A stretch of DNA of 64,000 bases from an uncultured Gemmatimonadales bacterium (GCA_963707505.1 CAVPQB010000004.1:1374272-1438271), one strand, 5' to 3'. Counted from the stretch's first letter, positions 1-11,385 are shown. Notes: generated by a model from the letters alone, not told the origin. A program made the numbers and translations.

Positions 1-518
1 TCGGTTCGCGTCACATCACCGTGTCGACGGTCGGGATTCTGCCCGGCATCGTCGCACTCGCGGACCGTCCTGAACAGTTCCGGCTCGCGATTTCAGTGCA
101 TGCACCGACCGATGAGCTGCGTCGCAGCCTCATGCCCATCAACACGAAGTATCCGCTCGCTGAAGTGATCGAAGCCGCGAAGCGCTTCGACCGGCGCGTC
201 ACCTTCGAGTACGTGATGCTCGGCGGTGTCAACGATCGCGATGAGGATGCGCGCGAGTTGATGAAGCTCGCGCAGGAGTGCAAGGCGTTCGTGAATCTCA
301 TTCCGCTGCATCCTGGCGGCGCGGGTGATTTCACACCAACCACCGCGGACTCCATACGGCGGTTCGCCGCCATGCTGCGGCGCGGTGGGTTGAGTGTCGC
401 GATCCGCAAGAGTCGCGGAAAGGACATCGCCGCCGCGTGTGGACAGCTACGGGTAGAACGGCATCGGAGGCGGCGTCCAGTCGGTGCCGAGCACGACGGT
501 GGCGTCGAGGTAGCGTGA
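1..518 (+). CDS. rlmN: 23S rRNA m2A2503/tRNA methyltransferase RlmN, 3' part (5' end outside window)
   Basis: Motifs STVG, LAISVHAP, TFEYVML.GVND, VNLIP and RGKDIAAACGQL are typical of the RlmN C-terminal half. Confidence 0.93.
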   Translation, partial: GSRHITVSTVGILPGIVALADRPEQFRLAISVHAPTDELRRSLMPINTKYPLAEVIEAAKRFDRRVTFEYVMLGGVNDRDEDARELMKLAQECKAFVNLIPLHPGGAGDFTPTTADSIRRFAAMLRRGGLSVAIRKSRGKDIAAACGQLRVERHRRRRPVGAEHDGGVEVA

Positions 519-879
519 CGTATCGGGGCGAGTGACGACCTTGCCCCCAATTGCCTTGCCGATCAGCGCGGCCCACTCGGGATGATTGGATCTATCCAGT
601 ACGAGTGTCGGCGCCTGCGTCGTACGAGAATTGCCCATCGCAACGACGTCGTAGCCGCGCGCGCGCAGCAGTAGCGTCGCGCGTCGCGCCGCACCGCGGG
701 TCGCGCTCGCGTTCAACACTTCTACCTTGATGCGCACGCCGAGCGGCGCGTGACCAATGGTAGTATCGATCTTTGCCGAAGATGCATCGGACGCACGTGC
801 CGCGACGTTGATCGCCCTTTTTGCAGCCCACGATCGCAAATACCGTAGCGATCGCCAGCACTACGGAACGCCGCAACAT
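447..879 (-). CDS. LytR C-terminal domain protein with lipoprotein-like signal (one frameshift)
   Basis: N-terminus MLRRSVVLAIATVFAIVGC in one frame; VEVLNAS..RGAARRAT..LRARGYDV and ATVVLGTDW (LytR_C) in another. Confidence 0.75.
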
Positions 880-1421
880 TACTGCAGGCTGTTCCAGAGC
901 GTGACTGTTTCCGGGAAGATGTGATTTCCCTCGCGCACCGTCCATTCGAGACGCATCCGCACCACCTGGCGAAACACCGTTTCGAACGACGTCGGGACCT
1001 GCAGCGAAAGAAAATACCTGTCCTGCTTCATGAACTTTCGGCCAGGCTCCAGAAAATCGGCCATGTACAGCGCGCGGCCGACGACGCCCCAGCGCGCACT
1101 CCCGACGGTATGATAGCGAATCGCGTCGAGCACATCGGTGCGCTTCTCGCCGTGCTTTTCCAGTGTAATCGCCGCAGCGGGCCCGTGCAGCAGTCCGAAC
1201 GGGCTTTCGTTGTCACCGGTTATCTCGCGCAACTCGGCTTCGGTCGCATCACGCAATGCATCGTGCAGTACGCCCGCATCGATGAACGCGCGCGCTTCCG
1301 CCGGCGGAAGCCGCATCGCCGCTGCCCACGCATTGAGTAACGCGGTGACGCGTTGAATGTGCTCGGCGCGCTTTTCGCCCACGCGCGCCCAATCGGGAAG
1401 GTCCAGCGTCGAGCTGTGCAT
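879..1421 (-). CDS. HD-domain phosphohydrolase, YqeK-like
   Basis: RAEHIQRV, GVLHDA, LLHGPAAA, AIRYHTVG, LYMADFLEPGR. Confidence 0.8.
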   Translation of the reverse strand: MHSSTLDLPDWARVGEKRAEHIQRVTALLNAWAAAMRLPPAEARAFIDAGVLHDALRDATEAELREITGDNESPFGLLHGPAAAITLEKHGEKRTDVLDAIRYHTVGSARWGVVGRALYMADFLEPGRKFMKQDRYFLSLQVPTSFETVFRQVVRMRLEWTVREGNHIFPETVTLWNSLQ

Positions 1422-1423
1422 TG

Positions 1424-2266
1424 TCAGAGTCTGATGTTGTCGATCAATCGAGTGCCACCGATCCGCGCCGCCACGAGTACCGAATCGCCGCTTGTCGCGA
1501 CCGACGGCGTTGCAAAATCAGCTTCATTCACCAGTGCGAAATAATCAACATCGAAGGCACCGTCCTCCGCCAGGACCGCGCTCCCTCTCGCTTCGATCGC
1601 CGACGGATCGGTATTACCGGCGTGGAACGTATCCTTTGCGGTGACCAGAGCTGCATGCAGCGCCGGTGCGTGGCGGCGTGCATCGGTGTCGAGGTAGCGG
1701 TTGCGACTGGAGAGCGCGAGTCCATCGCTTTCTCGCACCGTGTCGATTGCCGTAATGTGAACCGGAAAGTTCAGATCGGCGACCATTGTGCGGATCAGCG
1801 CCAGTTGCTGAAGGTCCTTCCGTCCAAACACCGCCACATCGGGCTGCACGATGTTGAACAGCTTCGCGACCACGGTGAGCACACCGGCGAAGTGACCGGG
1901 CCGAACGGCACCCTCGAAAAGCGCAGCGAACGATGGAGGCGTTACGGTCGTCCGCGACGTGCTTCCCGCGTACATCTCGTCCGCCGTGGGCATGAAGACA
2001 AGCGTCGCACCGTGCTCGGCGAGCTTCGCCGAATCGCTCTCGGGCGTGCGCGGATAACGCGCAAGGTCCTCGTTCGGTCCGAACTGCAACGGGTTTACGA
2101 AGATGCTCACCGCGACCACGTCCGCAGTTTTCGCCGCGGCGTCGACAAGCGCGAGATGTCCCTCGTGCAGTGCCCCCATCGTCGGCACGAGCGCCACGCT
2201 CGCGCCGTTCGCGCGGAGCTCGCGCAAACGCGCACGAATCCCGGTGATACTGCTCTCGATCAGCAT
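1424..2266 (-). CDS. panC: Pantoate--beta-alanine ligase
   Basis: VPTMGALHEGH, SIFVNPLQF, RPGHFAGV, GLALSSRN, TRLIDN. Confidence 0.97.
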   Translation of the reverse strand: MLIESSITGIRARLRELRANGASVALVPTMGALHEGHLALVDAAAKTADVVAVSIFVNPLQFGPNEDLARYPRTPESDSAKLAEHGATLVFMPTADEMYAGSTSRTTVTPPSFAALFEGAVRPGHFAGVLTVVAKLFNIVQPDVAVFGRKDLQQLALIRTMVADLNFPVHITAIDTVRESDGLALSSRNRYLDTDARRHAPALHAALVTAKDTFHAGNTDPSAIEARGSAVLAEDGAFDVDYFALVNEADFATPSVATSGDSVLVAARIGGTRLIDNIRL

Positions 2267-2275
2267 GTGGTGTGT

Positions 2276-3088
2276 CTAGAAGCTCTGATCGGCGGACGGA
2301 TAGCGATGCTCACGAACGTCGTCGCCGTATGCGCGCACGGCGTCGCGTACCGTATCGGCGAGATTCGCGTAACGCTTGAGGAAACGGGGTGAGAACTCCT
2401 CGTTCATGCCGAGCATGTCGGGAAGCACCAGCACCTGACCGTCGCACCCCGGGCCAGCACCGATCCCGATCGTCGGAGCGCCCACGCTCGCCGTGATGCG
2501 CGCCGCCAGCTTTGCCGGCATCAGCTCCAGAACTATCGCGAAGGCGCCCGCCTCGTCCAATCGCTTCGCTTCGGCCAGAATGCGCTCCTCTTCTTCCGCT
2601 TCCCGTCCCTGCACTCGCACGCCGATTGCATTCACCGATTGCGGCGTGAAGCCGATGTGTCCCATCACCGGGATTCCGATCTCGACAAGACGCGCGACTG
2701 TCGCGGCGATGTGCTCGTTACCGCCTTCCAGCTTCACAGCCTGCGCTCCAGTCTCGACGAGCAACCGTCCCGCATTCACGATCGCAGCGGCGGTATCGAT
2801 CTGATATGTCAGGAATGGCATGTCGACAGTAACGAGTGCGCGGGAGACCCCACGACATACCGCTGCACCGTGGTAGATCATTTGATCCAATGTCACCGGC
2901 AGAGTCGATTCGAATCCCGCCACCACGTTGCCGGCGGAATCACCGACGAGCACGATGTCCACTCCAGCCTGATCTACGAGCCGGCCGAAGAGCACGTCGT
3001 ACGCAGTGACGACGACGATCGGATCCTTGCCCTTGCGATCGCGAATGTCGCGAACCGTGACGGCGCGTGACGGTGGTGCGCTGCTCAA
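2276..3088 (-). CDS. panB: 3-methyl-2-oxobutanoate hydroxymethyltransferase
   Basis: TAYD, LVGDS, DMPF, VKLEGG, GHIGFTPQS, IGIGAG..CDGQVLV. Confidence 0.97.
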   Translation of the reverse strand: MSSAPPSRAVTVRDIRDRKGKDPIVVVTAYDVLFGRLVDQAGVDIVLVGDSAGNVVAGFESTLPVTLDQMIYHGAAVCRGVSRALVTVDMPFLTYQIDTAAAIVNAGRLLVETGAQAVKLEGGNEHIAATVARLVEIGIPVMGHIGFTPQSVNAIGVRVQGREAEEEERILAEAKRLDEAGAFAIVLELMPAKLAARITASVGAPTIGIGAGPGCDGQVLVLPDMLGMNEEFSPRFLKRYANLADTVRDAVRAYGDDVREHRYPSADQSF

Positions 3089-3534
3089 ATGGATACCTCT
3101 GCGAGCTCGGCAAGCTCTCGCTGCCAGAAGTCGCGGTTGTCGATTTCTATATGTGGCACCTGCAGCTCAGGCGAGCTCCAGGTGGTGTGCGCATACCTGA
3201 CAATGTCCAAATCTATTGTGCGCGGCCCCCAGCGGACGGTCGAACGCGCCCACCCTCACGCTCCGCCTCGTGCAGCGCCGCGAGCAATTCGGGCGGCGAC
3301 AGCGAGGTACGGATCGCGACCATCTGATTCAGATAGCGCCCCTGTGCAACGGGACCGATCGGCTCGGTTTCCTCGGCGCGGGTCACCGCCAGTATCGCGA
3401 ACTCCTCGAATTCTGCCAATGCGTGTCAGGGCGTCGGACAGATGTTTTCGCCGGTCGCCCAGGTTGGAGCCGAGCGCGACGAAGGCGACGTCATCCATGA
3501 CGGCATCCATGACGTCACGCGCGACGTCATCCAT
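3085..3534 (-). CDS. folK: 2-amino-4-hydroxy-6-hydroxymethyldihydropteridine diphosphokinase (frameshifted)
   Basis: AFVALGSNLGDR, YLNQMV, GPRTIDLDI and LQVPH spread over different frames. Confidence 0.9.
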
Positions 3535-3878
3535 CTCGCTCGCGGGTGATCGAGACTTCGGCGTATTCCACCGGGCCGGGCAACGGCACATGCGGCTTTC
3601 TGATCGACACCGTGGCTGACCGGACACCTGCGACGCGCAGTGCAGCAGCCGCGACGCGCTCGGCCGCCTCTTCGAGATAGGCGATGTGACGCACGTTCAT
3701 CACTTCTGCGACCGCGGTGTAAAGCGCGACGTAGTCGACGACGTGCGGCGGGCGCACATTCTCATCCACCTTTACCGAGAAGATCGAGCTCAACCGGTTG
3801 CGGAAGCTGCGCCTCATGCGGTAACACTCCGACGCGCGAGTGAAAGCGCATTCCTCTGAGCGAAACAGTGTCGGACAT
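3527..3878 (-). CDS. folB: Dihydroneopterin aldolase (one frameshift)
   Basis: MSDTVSLRGMRFHSRVGVLPHE..QPVELD, then VDYVALY..LEEAAE..VSIRKPHVPL; directly upstream of folK. Confidence 0.88.
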
Positions 3879-3880
3879 TC

Positions 3881-4686
3881 TCACCCTGCGTTGTCGATCC
3901 CAGCACGGAGGGACCGCGTGAGTGCGATCGCCGCATCAACGCTCGTTCCCGCCGCCCGGACGATCGCGCTTCCCACCACAACGCCGTCGGCGACAGCCGC
4001 AACAGCAGCGGCCTGACGTGCGTCCGTCACACCGAAGCCGACGCAGATAGGCAACGTGGTGACCGAACGCAGACGCTCGACCGTAGCGCCAGGTTCCGGG
4101 GCGATCCGCTGCTGCATACCTGTGACGCCGAGCCGGCTGATGAGATAGACGAATCCGCTGCCATTCTGTGCGATGAGCTTCATTCGATCAACCGGAGTGG
4201 TTGGTGCGACGAGTCGGATGAATGCAAGCGGGCTGGCCGTAAAGCGAGCCTTCGAGCGGCGGATCTGCGCCCACCGGAAGGTCGGTAATCAGCAAGCCGT
4301 CGCATCCCGCCTTCACTATCCGATCCAGTGCGCCCTCGCCGGCAGCGAGAAACGGATTGAGATACCCGAACAGAACCACCGGAACGCCGAGAGCCGCTTC
4401 AGCGACGATTTCGAGCACGCCGCTGAATGTCGTGCCCGCGTCGAGCGCGATCTGCGAGCTTGCCTGAATGACCGCGCCCGTCAGCGAGCGGGTCGGAGAA
4501 CGGCACGCCCACTTCAACTATGTCGGCGCCGGCGTCTTCCAGGCCGCGCAGCAAGGCTATCGAGCGAGCGCGGTCAGGATGTCCAGCTGTCGCGTAGCAC
4601 ACGAGCGCCTTTCTGCCCTGGTCGCGCAGAAGAGCGAACCGCTCGTCGATTCTGTTAGATGACGTAATCGCTAACCCTGATGCCAT
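3881..4686 (-). CDS. trpA: Tryptophan synthase alpha chain (frameshifted)
   Basis: ALVCYATAGHP, EVGVPFSDPLADG, YLNP, FVYLISRLGVTG, VGFGV, ADGVVVGSAIV. Confidence 0.93.
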
Positions 4687-5924
4687 ACCTGTCCGGATCT
4701 GCAGTCTTGATGATGGTGCGCGCAAACTGACCATCGGGTCCGGTCGCCGCAAGGTCTGTCTCGATTGGCGGCTGCAGAAGATTACCACGTCCGTCGCTCA
4801 CTACTACCACGCGCGGCCTCGACAACATCTCGGGATTCGGATTTGCGGCAAGCACGACCGCCAGCTCGAACGTGTCGAGCACGACGAGCGTTCCGGACGG
4901 GTAGATCCCGAGCAGCGTTATGAACGCCTTCACTACAACCGGATCGAGCCCGCGGCGTGGATTGTCACGCATCTCCTGCAGCACCGCTGACGGTGGATAC
5001 GGCTTGGTCTGATATGAGCGCCTGCTCGTTGCACGTCATACGCGTCCGCCACCGCTCGATCCTGCTCGTCATCGCAATGGATCGCGGACGAATCACGCGA
5101 GGATAACCGGACAGGTCGCGGCGCATGTGATGCTCGTGCGCGCTCACCATCGCACGATATGGAAGCTCCTGTTGCCCGCGCAGCTGAAACAGAGTGAGCA
5201 TCCCCAGCCATGGATGCGCCGTGATGCGCCGCCAGTCGTCCTCGTCCAGCGCGGTGGACTTCTGGAGCAGGTCGGTCGGAACGCGCGACTTGCCGATGTC
5301 GTGCATCAGCGCGGCGACACCGAGCTCGTAGAGCTGCAGCTTCGTCATCCCAATTCGCTTGCCAAGAGCCACAGCAAAGATGCAGACGTTGACGGAGTGC
5401 GTGTACGTGTACTCGTCGTACTCACGGAGAGTCGTAAGTCCGATCAGCGACGCCTCTTCCGTCAACACCTCGTCCACGATGGTCTGCACTGCTCGCTTGA
5501 TCTTCCGCGCGCTCGGCACGCGGCCCATGCGAACAGAGTTGATCACGTCCTTGGTGAGCGCGACCGACTGGGCATACGTACGCCGCGCCGCAGCCTTGGC
5601 GACCTCACGCTCCTCGATCTCTTCCTCCTCATCCGCGTGGGCGACTGCCTCGAACGCGTCCACTCCCGCGGCGCGCAAGCGGGTGACAAGCTCGTCCGCA
5701 TCGCCCTGGCCGGTGGCGCCGACTGTCGCCAGCAATGTGAGCAGCGAGAACCATTCGCGTGGCGTCGCTTCACGCACCACACGCAGCGACCCGACACCAG
5801 CTGATCGAAACAGGTCCAGCACGCGACCGAAGCTTCCGGCATAATTGCTGAGATCCAGGCGCAAGCGCGTGCCGTTTACGAAGATGAACTCGCCGTGCAC
5901 GCGCAGCTCGAGCTCGGAATCCAC
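4655..5924 (-). CDS. HD-GYP/HD-domain phosphodiesterase, 5'-truncated at the junction, frameshifted
   Basis: YTYTHSVNVC, ALMHDIGK, HEHH..DLSGYP, C-terminal GIYPSGTLVVL; no evident start or N-terminal region. Confidence 0.85.
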
Positions 5925-5947
5925 GCTCCTGCATTCCGACGCTGTGG

Positions 5948-7273
5948 ATGCGCACCGCCGACATGCCCACGACCGACACGCGGGCGTACCGCGGCGGCAG
6001 CATCATCGCCGCCGTCGCGGCCGGGCTGGCGGTGTCGGTGAAACTGAACCTGCTGGCTCCGGTGGGGGCACTTACGCTCGCCGCGATCGCGTTGACCCCC
6101 CGCGGCCGGCGCGGGAGCGCGACCGGGTGGTGGATCGGGGGGCTGGTCCTCGCCGGTGGTTACTGGTATGCCCGTAACCTCATCGCGATCGGGAACCCGC
6201 TCCCGTGGTTCAGCTTCGGCGTACTGCCGACACCTCACCCGCCGCCGCTGCAGCAGGGCAACTACTACTCCCTGGCCGACTACGCGACCTATCCCCGGAT
6301 CCTCCGCCACTGGCTGATTCCGGCGTTGAACATGAACCTCGGGCCGTGGTGGCCGGCGTTGGTCGCCGCCGCCGTGGTCGGTCCTCTCGTGTGTCTCTTC
6401 TCCACGCGCGACCGAGTGATCCTGGCGGCGGCTCTGATCGCCCTCGCCTCCCTGGTCGCCTACACCTTGACCCCGGTCACGGCGTGCGGGCCCTGGGGAC
6501 ATCCCTACTGCTTGATGTACTCCATACGGTACGCAGCTCCCGCACTGACGCTGGCGCTGGCCGTCACGCCGCTGGTCCTGCTGTTCAGGAGCCAGCTTGG
6601 CAGCTCGGCGGCGGCGGCCGGACTCACGACGCTGTTCGTGGCCACGGTGGCCCTGCGCCGCCTATGGACGCCGCACTACAACCTGGGCGGAGCTGCCGCC
6701 GCCGTGGTCCTAGTCCTCGTGGTGGCGGTGATCGTGGTCCTCAGACCGTGGTCGCTGATCCCGCTCCGGCGCCCGCTCGTGCGCGCCACCGCCGCGACGC
6801 TGGCTCTCTCGCTCGTGCTGGGCGGGGTCGCACTGGGCTACTCGGGGACGCGGGATTACCTGAGGCACCGATATACCGACAAGTCCGGGCGGGTCGCCGT
6901 TTACAAGGTGTGGCGCTGGGCTCGGGGTCTGCACCACGCGCAAATCGCCCTGGTGGGCAGCTTCGGCTTCTTCTTCGGCTATCCCCTCTGGGGTCTCGAC
7001 GATTCCAATCGCGTCGCGTACATGGGCCAGCGCGGTCCCCATGGCTCGTTCCGGCCCATCAACAGCTGTCGGGCCTGGCGCACGGCGCTGAACCGGGGGC
7101 ACTACCAGTACGTGATCACCACCGCGCGCGCGATCACCTTCACCACGCGGCTCGTGCACTCGCCGGAGGTCGACTGGACCCGGACCGACCCCGCGGCGAG
7201 GCTGGTGCTCTCCCCGAGCTGGGCGATCCAGGTCTTCCGGCTCACCGGGCCACTCCACCCGGATCGCTGCTAA
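5948..7273 (+). CDS. Polytopic membrane protein (GT-C-like), probably 5'-truncated
   Basis: Many hydrophobic helices; GLAVSVKL, GGYWYARNLIAIGNPLP, IRYAAPAL; begins mid-domain. Confidence 0.65.
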   Translation: MRTADMPTTDTRAYRGGSIIAAVAAGLAVSVKLNLLAPVGALTLAAIALTPRGRRGSATGWWIGGLVLAGGYWYARNLIAIGNPLPWFSFGVLPTPHPPPLQQGNYYSLADYATYPRILRHWLIPALNMNLGPWWPALVAAAVVGPLVCLFSTRDRVILAAALIALASLVAYTLTPVTACGPWGHPYCLMYSIRYAAPALTLALAVTPLVLLFRSQLGSSAAAAGLTTLFVATVALRRLWTPHYNLGGAAAAVVLVLVVAVIVVLRPWSLIPLRRPLVRATAATLALSLVLGGVALGYSGTRDYLRHRYTDKSGRVAVYKVWRWARGLHHAQIALVGSFGFFFGYPLWGLDDSNRVAYMGQRGPHGSFRPINSCRAWRTALNRGHYQYVITTARAITFTTRLVHSPEVDWTRTDPAARLVLSPSWAIQVFRLTGPLHPDRC

Positions 7274-7279
7274 AGAAAC

Positions 7280-7385
7280 CTTGTGGACGAGGCGCAGGAC
7301 TTCTCGGCGAACATGATCAGGGCGATATTGGGCCACCTCGCGCCCGATCACTCCGTCACGTTGTGCTCGACGCCGCACAACGTGG
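7280..7385 (+). pseudogene. Tiny remnant of an SF1/UvrD-like helicase
   Basis: Translates LVDEAQDFSANMIRAILGHL...(frameshift)LDAAQR, matching helicase motifs II-III. Confidence 0.5.
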
Positions 7386-7580
7386 TTCCATGAGTCGCTA
7401 CGCCAATTCGGGCGACTTCCGAAGTAGGCACGACACCAGAGCAGGACCCTCCCCGAGCCTGGTCCGGCACCTAGTCCACTCCAGCAGGCGGGCTACATCT
7501 CCTTGACGCCCGTGACCAGTACCAAACTGAGATTGACGACGCTGATGAGAAGCGCGCCGGCCGGGCTGACTAAGGTCTAC

Positions 7581-7614
7581 GGGCTACGTCCTGCCGCCGC
7601 TCGCGGCACCTCAC
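7581..7614 (-). repeat. Isolated fragment of the IS110 non-coding region found at 63870-63903
   Basis: gggctacgtcctgccgccgctcgcggcacctcac vs gggctacgtcctgttgccgctcgcggcacctcac, 32/34 identical. Confidence 0.8.
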
Positions 7615-7749
7615 GACAGGTTGCCCTGTCAGCGACCGTGCGGACCGTGGAGCTGCGTGGTTTCGCCGACGCTTTGACGGATACCGGGCGATGGCACCGT
7701 CATGGCTAACACGGCTCGGCGGAGCGTCACGGATGACCGGATGTCGGAC

Positions 7750-9769
7750 TCATGATGTTTGGGTTCTCGAGGAGCGCTCCGGCGACCGGCGTTGCCGGTC
7801 GTGGGTTTCTATTTGGATCTCGCCATTGGTCAGTGGCTGGTGCTCGGAGTCGTAGCCGTTGCTCAGGCGGATGCGGTAGCTGGCGCCCGAGCCGCGCTCC
7901 TCTCCGGCGGTGACGTCGACGCGCATGAACACCGTTTCGTTGCGACTGAGTGTTGCGTGGGCGAAGATCGACGCATCGCGTCGGTCGGAACTGCAGGTGA
8001 TCGCGTCGAGCCTGTTGACGCTGACCTTGATTGGCTGCGCAGGTCCGCGGTCTCGATAGCTCAGAGCGCCGTCGAGCCAGGGGTGCTCGCGGGGCCCGTG
8101 GGCGTCGGCTGTCAGCCCGAAGCGTGCGCGGTCACCGTTGCCCGCAGTGATTGCCCCCTCGCCCTCGATCCGGCATCCGCGTGTGCTCGCGGGAACCGCA
8201 ACGCCCACGGTCGTGTAGCCGACGCTCGTAGCGTGCGTACCGTCGCCATCGTAGCTGGCGGTGATCGTATCGAGCCCCCGGAGTCAGCGAGCTGTAGGTC
8301 ATCGAGCAGGTGGCCGCTGACGTGCTGGTTGCTGACAGGATGCAGCTCGCGCCTGAGGGGAACGTCCCAGCGCCGCTGGTCGCGGCCGTGACCGTTCCCG
8401 TCGGGGCGCTTTGTGTGCCCGGGCTGTCGTCGGCGACCGCCGCCGTGCAGTTGCTCACGTCCCCGGGCGCGACCGCGTTTGGCGAACACGACACCGCGAC
8501 CGTGGTCGCGCGCTTTCCCTGAATGGAGATCGTTGCCCCGGAAGCGTCCGCTGATACGAGCGTGATCGCGAGGGTTCCCAGGGGGTCGCGGAACGTCGCT
8601 CCGATCGGCAGCGCCGCATCGTAGAAGTTCCCGGTCGTGTCGGGCGTCGTGTCGAGGAGATACGACCCCGGCGCGGCGAAACCCTCGTCGTCAGGACCTT
8701 GGAGCAGAATTCTGACCCCGGCGGTCGCTTGGGGGTACCCAGATAGCCAGGCGTCGACTCCGATAGCTTGGCGATATTCGACCCAGAAAGTCTCGCTGCC
8801 GTCCACCACCTTCACGGCATGCAAGGCCGCGCTCTGCTCTTCGAGCGGCGCGATGGTGTACCTCGATGGGCCAGTCGCAGTTGTTTCTCGGCTCCCCATC
8901 CAGCCGAGGTAGTCGCTTTGCATGGCGGTGAAGGACCCCGCGCTAGCAGGCCCGCCATTGTATGCTTGACCCATCACGTCGTAGGGGTCGCCGTATTCCT
9001 CGGGCAGTTGGTTAGCCGCCGGGCAAGGGGCATTGGGATCACCAAATGCGCTCGCGGCCAGGGTAACGCTGTTGTCGTAGCAAGGGTACGAGTGGGCGTG
9101 GCCGAGACCGAGAGTGTGGCCTAGCTCGTGAACTGTCACCCCGGTTGTCCCCATCGCGCCGTTGATCCAGATATTGGTACCGATCGTCCAGCCCGCCCAA
9201 CCGCACGGGACGTTTGAAAAGTAGTACATGACAACGTCGTAACCAGATGGGTTGTAGCCGGCCGCCTGGGCGGCACCGTTGGCCTCAGACTGAATGGTCG
9301 CCCGGAATGCATTCCCGCAACCGTCTGAATCCAGTGGCGGCGTTGCGATCGCAAACCAACCGGTAGCTTGGGCTTTCCAGCCTGCAAACTGTCCGTAGGA
9401 CACTGACTGATACCACGCCGTGTCGGTTGTTCCTATCTGTGTCTGCGCCTCTGATGTCGTCACACTGTCCGACGGTGCAGCGGGTGCGTACGTAACCCCG
9501 GAGGCCGGCGCTTGCGAGCCCCAGTCGGCGAGGATCACGAGAACGGTCCTGGCGGATGTCACTGCCGCACCCAGAGGCGCCAGTCCCTGCTGTAGCCGCG
9601 GAGAGACGGACCGAATTCCTGGGTCGACAGTTGTTGGTGTCCGCGGAGACAGCGACGCCTGAGCGCTTGACCCTACCGGGAGGTTCGATCCCGCGCGGGC
9701 GAGCGCAGCGGATCCGAAGAAAGTAACGGCTGCAAACGCGGCGGCGAACGCAATCCCCGGCGCCCGCAT
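7750..9769 (-). CDS. Secreted metzincin metallopeptidase (M11/M6-like) with Ig-like and C-terminal beta domains (frameshift near 8280)
   Basis: Signal peptide; HELGHTLGLGHAH zinc motif; EEYGDPYDVMG; WVEYRQ; Thr/Ser-rich Ig-like segment. Confidence 0.8.
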
Positions 9770-10829
9770 GTGGGTCCTCGGATAGTGCGCGACATTCGAC
9801 GGTCGACCTCTAACCGGGACCATGGTGAGTCGGCAAGCACGACGGTTGATCATGTTTCAGCGCGCCTGCCGTCGGTCGCCGGCCCGCCGCGACACCTGGA
9901 GCGGCCGTCGTAGAGCGGAGAGCTGTCCGTGTCATACACAATGCGCTGCCGGCCGTCGCCACGAAACGGTGCGGCAGCCCGCCATGGGCAGCAAGTCGCC
10001 GCTGACGCGCATGCCCGTCCTGAGCCACCGTCGGTGACGGTGGTGAAACCGCTAAAGGTCCCGATTGCAGCGTTCTGCCGCATGGAGCCACCCCCGGCCC
10101 GTGCTGTCCCCTACTCTTCACCCAGCCCCTACTGCGCTATCTCGGGTCAAGCGCCTCTACCAAGGCTGACACCCGCTCACCTGCGGTCACCATGATAGAC
10201 CCCGCTTGTCGCCGCGTCAACCCCGGGCCGCCCGACAGGTACTGCCGAGCGGAGCGATACGAAGGTACTGGCGCTCAAAGTAACCACCCGACGAGTAAGG
10301 AGCGATGAACACTAAGAGTCACCGTGATTACGAACGCTCGAGCGCAGACGTGACGAACCCCGCGCGCCGGCCAGGTAGCAACAGACGACCGACCAGGGAA
10401 CTACTAACCGCAGACGCCCTGCAGGAAGCAGCATGGAACAAGGGCATCCAACCCTATCCGGCGAGGAAGTGCATGTCGAGCGGCCCTGCATGCCACAACC
10501 GTGAAAGCAGCGGAGCGTCTGCGACTGCTCCTGGTGGCGCGGCGACTCACGCCTTTCATCTGTCTGCGCCATCCACCACCTCTCGTCGCGGCAGCCGATC
10601 GCAATCGCGGCCTACGGAGAAGTTCGCATCGTTATGGGGCGGTCCGGAACGCCGGCGCTCGCCCCGCGGTATCGTCGCGGCACGGTTTGCGGTTTCGTGT
10701 TCATCGCCGCTCTGAGCGAAAGCAACAGGCCGTGCGGCGTGACCGGAGCAACTCATCGTCCTATCGCCGCTCCGTTGTTGGGTTGGCTGGTGGGTCTGAC
10801 TGGAGCGCGTTCATCGGTCTACCTGCTGT

Positions 10830-11385
10830 GAGAGCTCGGCCGGTGTGATGGGTGTGCCACGGTAGCTGCCGCGGCGGTTGAGCCGCGGTGCGGTGGTCTC
10901 CTCAGCAGGATGCTTGCCTCCACGCGGTCCGAACGCGGCTGCCTGTCGGTCGCCGCCTGCCTGAGGAAGCCGGCAACGCCGCTCGACCCTTCCCCAGCCG
11001 CAGTTGCTGCGAATGCCCGCCGCGGCTGCCCGAGATGGGCGGCGAACGCGGCCGGGGTCATGATCTCACGCGCGTTGTGCAGGCGACGCTGGTTGGCGTC
11101 GATGCGCCAGTCCTCGGTCAGTACGCGCGCCGCTTGGAGGCAGGAGAAACACCTCGACGGCGAGGAGCTCGTCGCGGATGCGCCCGCCGAGCTCTCCACA
11201 TATGAGTTCTGCCACGGCGAGCCGGGCTCGATATGCGCGCTCCCGAGCCTTCGCGAAGCGGCACAGTCCGGCGGGCGTGGGCGGTCATCTCCGGCCCGTT
11301 GTCGCAATGCAGGAACCCGGGGGTCCGGCGTTCGCCGACGACCCGGTCGAGCACATCGACAGGCTTACAGCGACCATCGCCGCCG
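10830..11385 (-). mobile_element. Degenerate IS3-family orfB remnant, related to the copy at 35886-36813
   Basis: VDVLDRVVGE..CDNGPEMTAHA, IEPGSPWQNSYVES, EDWRID, MTPAAFAA; multiple indels. Confidence 0.85.

Noticed and set aside
3485..3534. Short atggatg(a/c)cgtc repeats at the folK start
   Set aside because: Local coding micro-duplication with no evidence of function
10195..10500. Group II intron remnant
   Set aside because: No recognisable GTGCG 5' end, domain V or reverse transcriptase fragment
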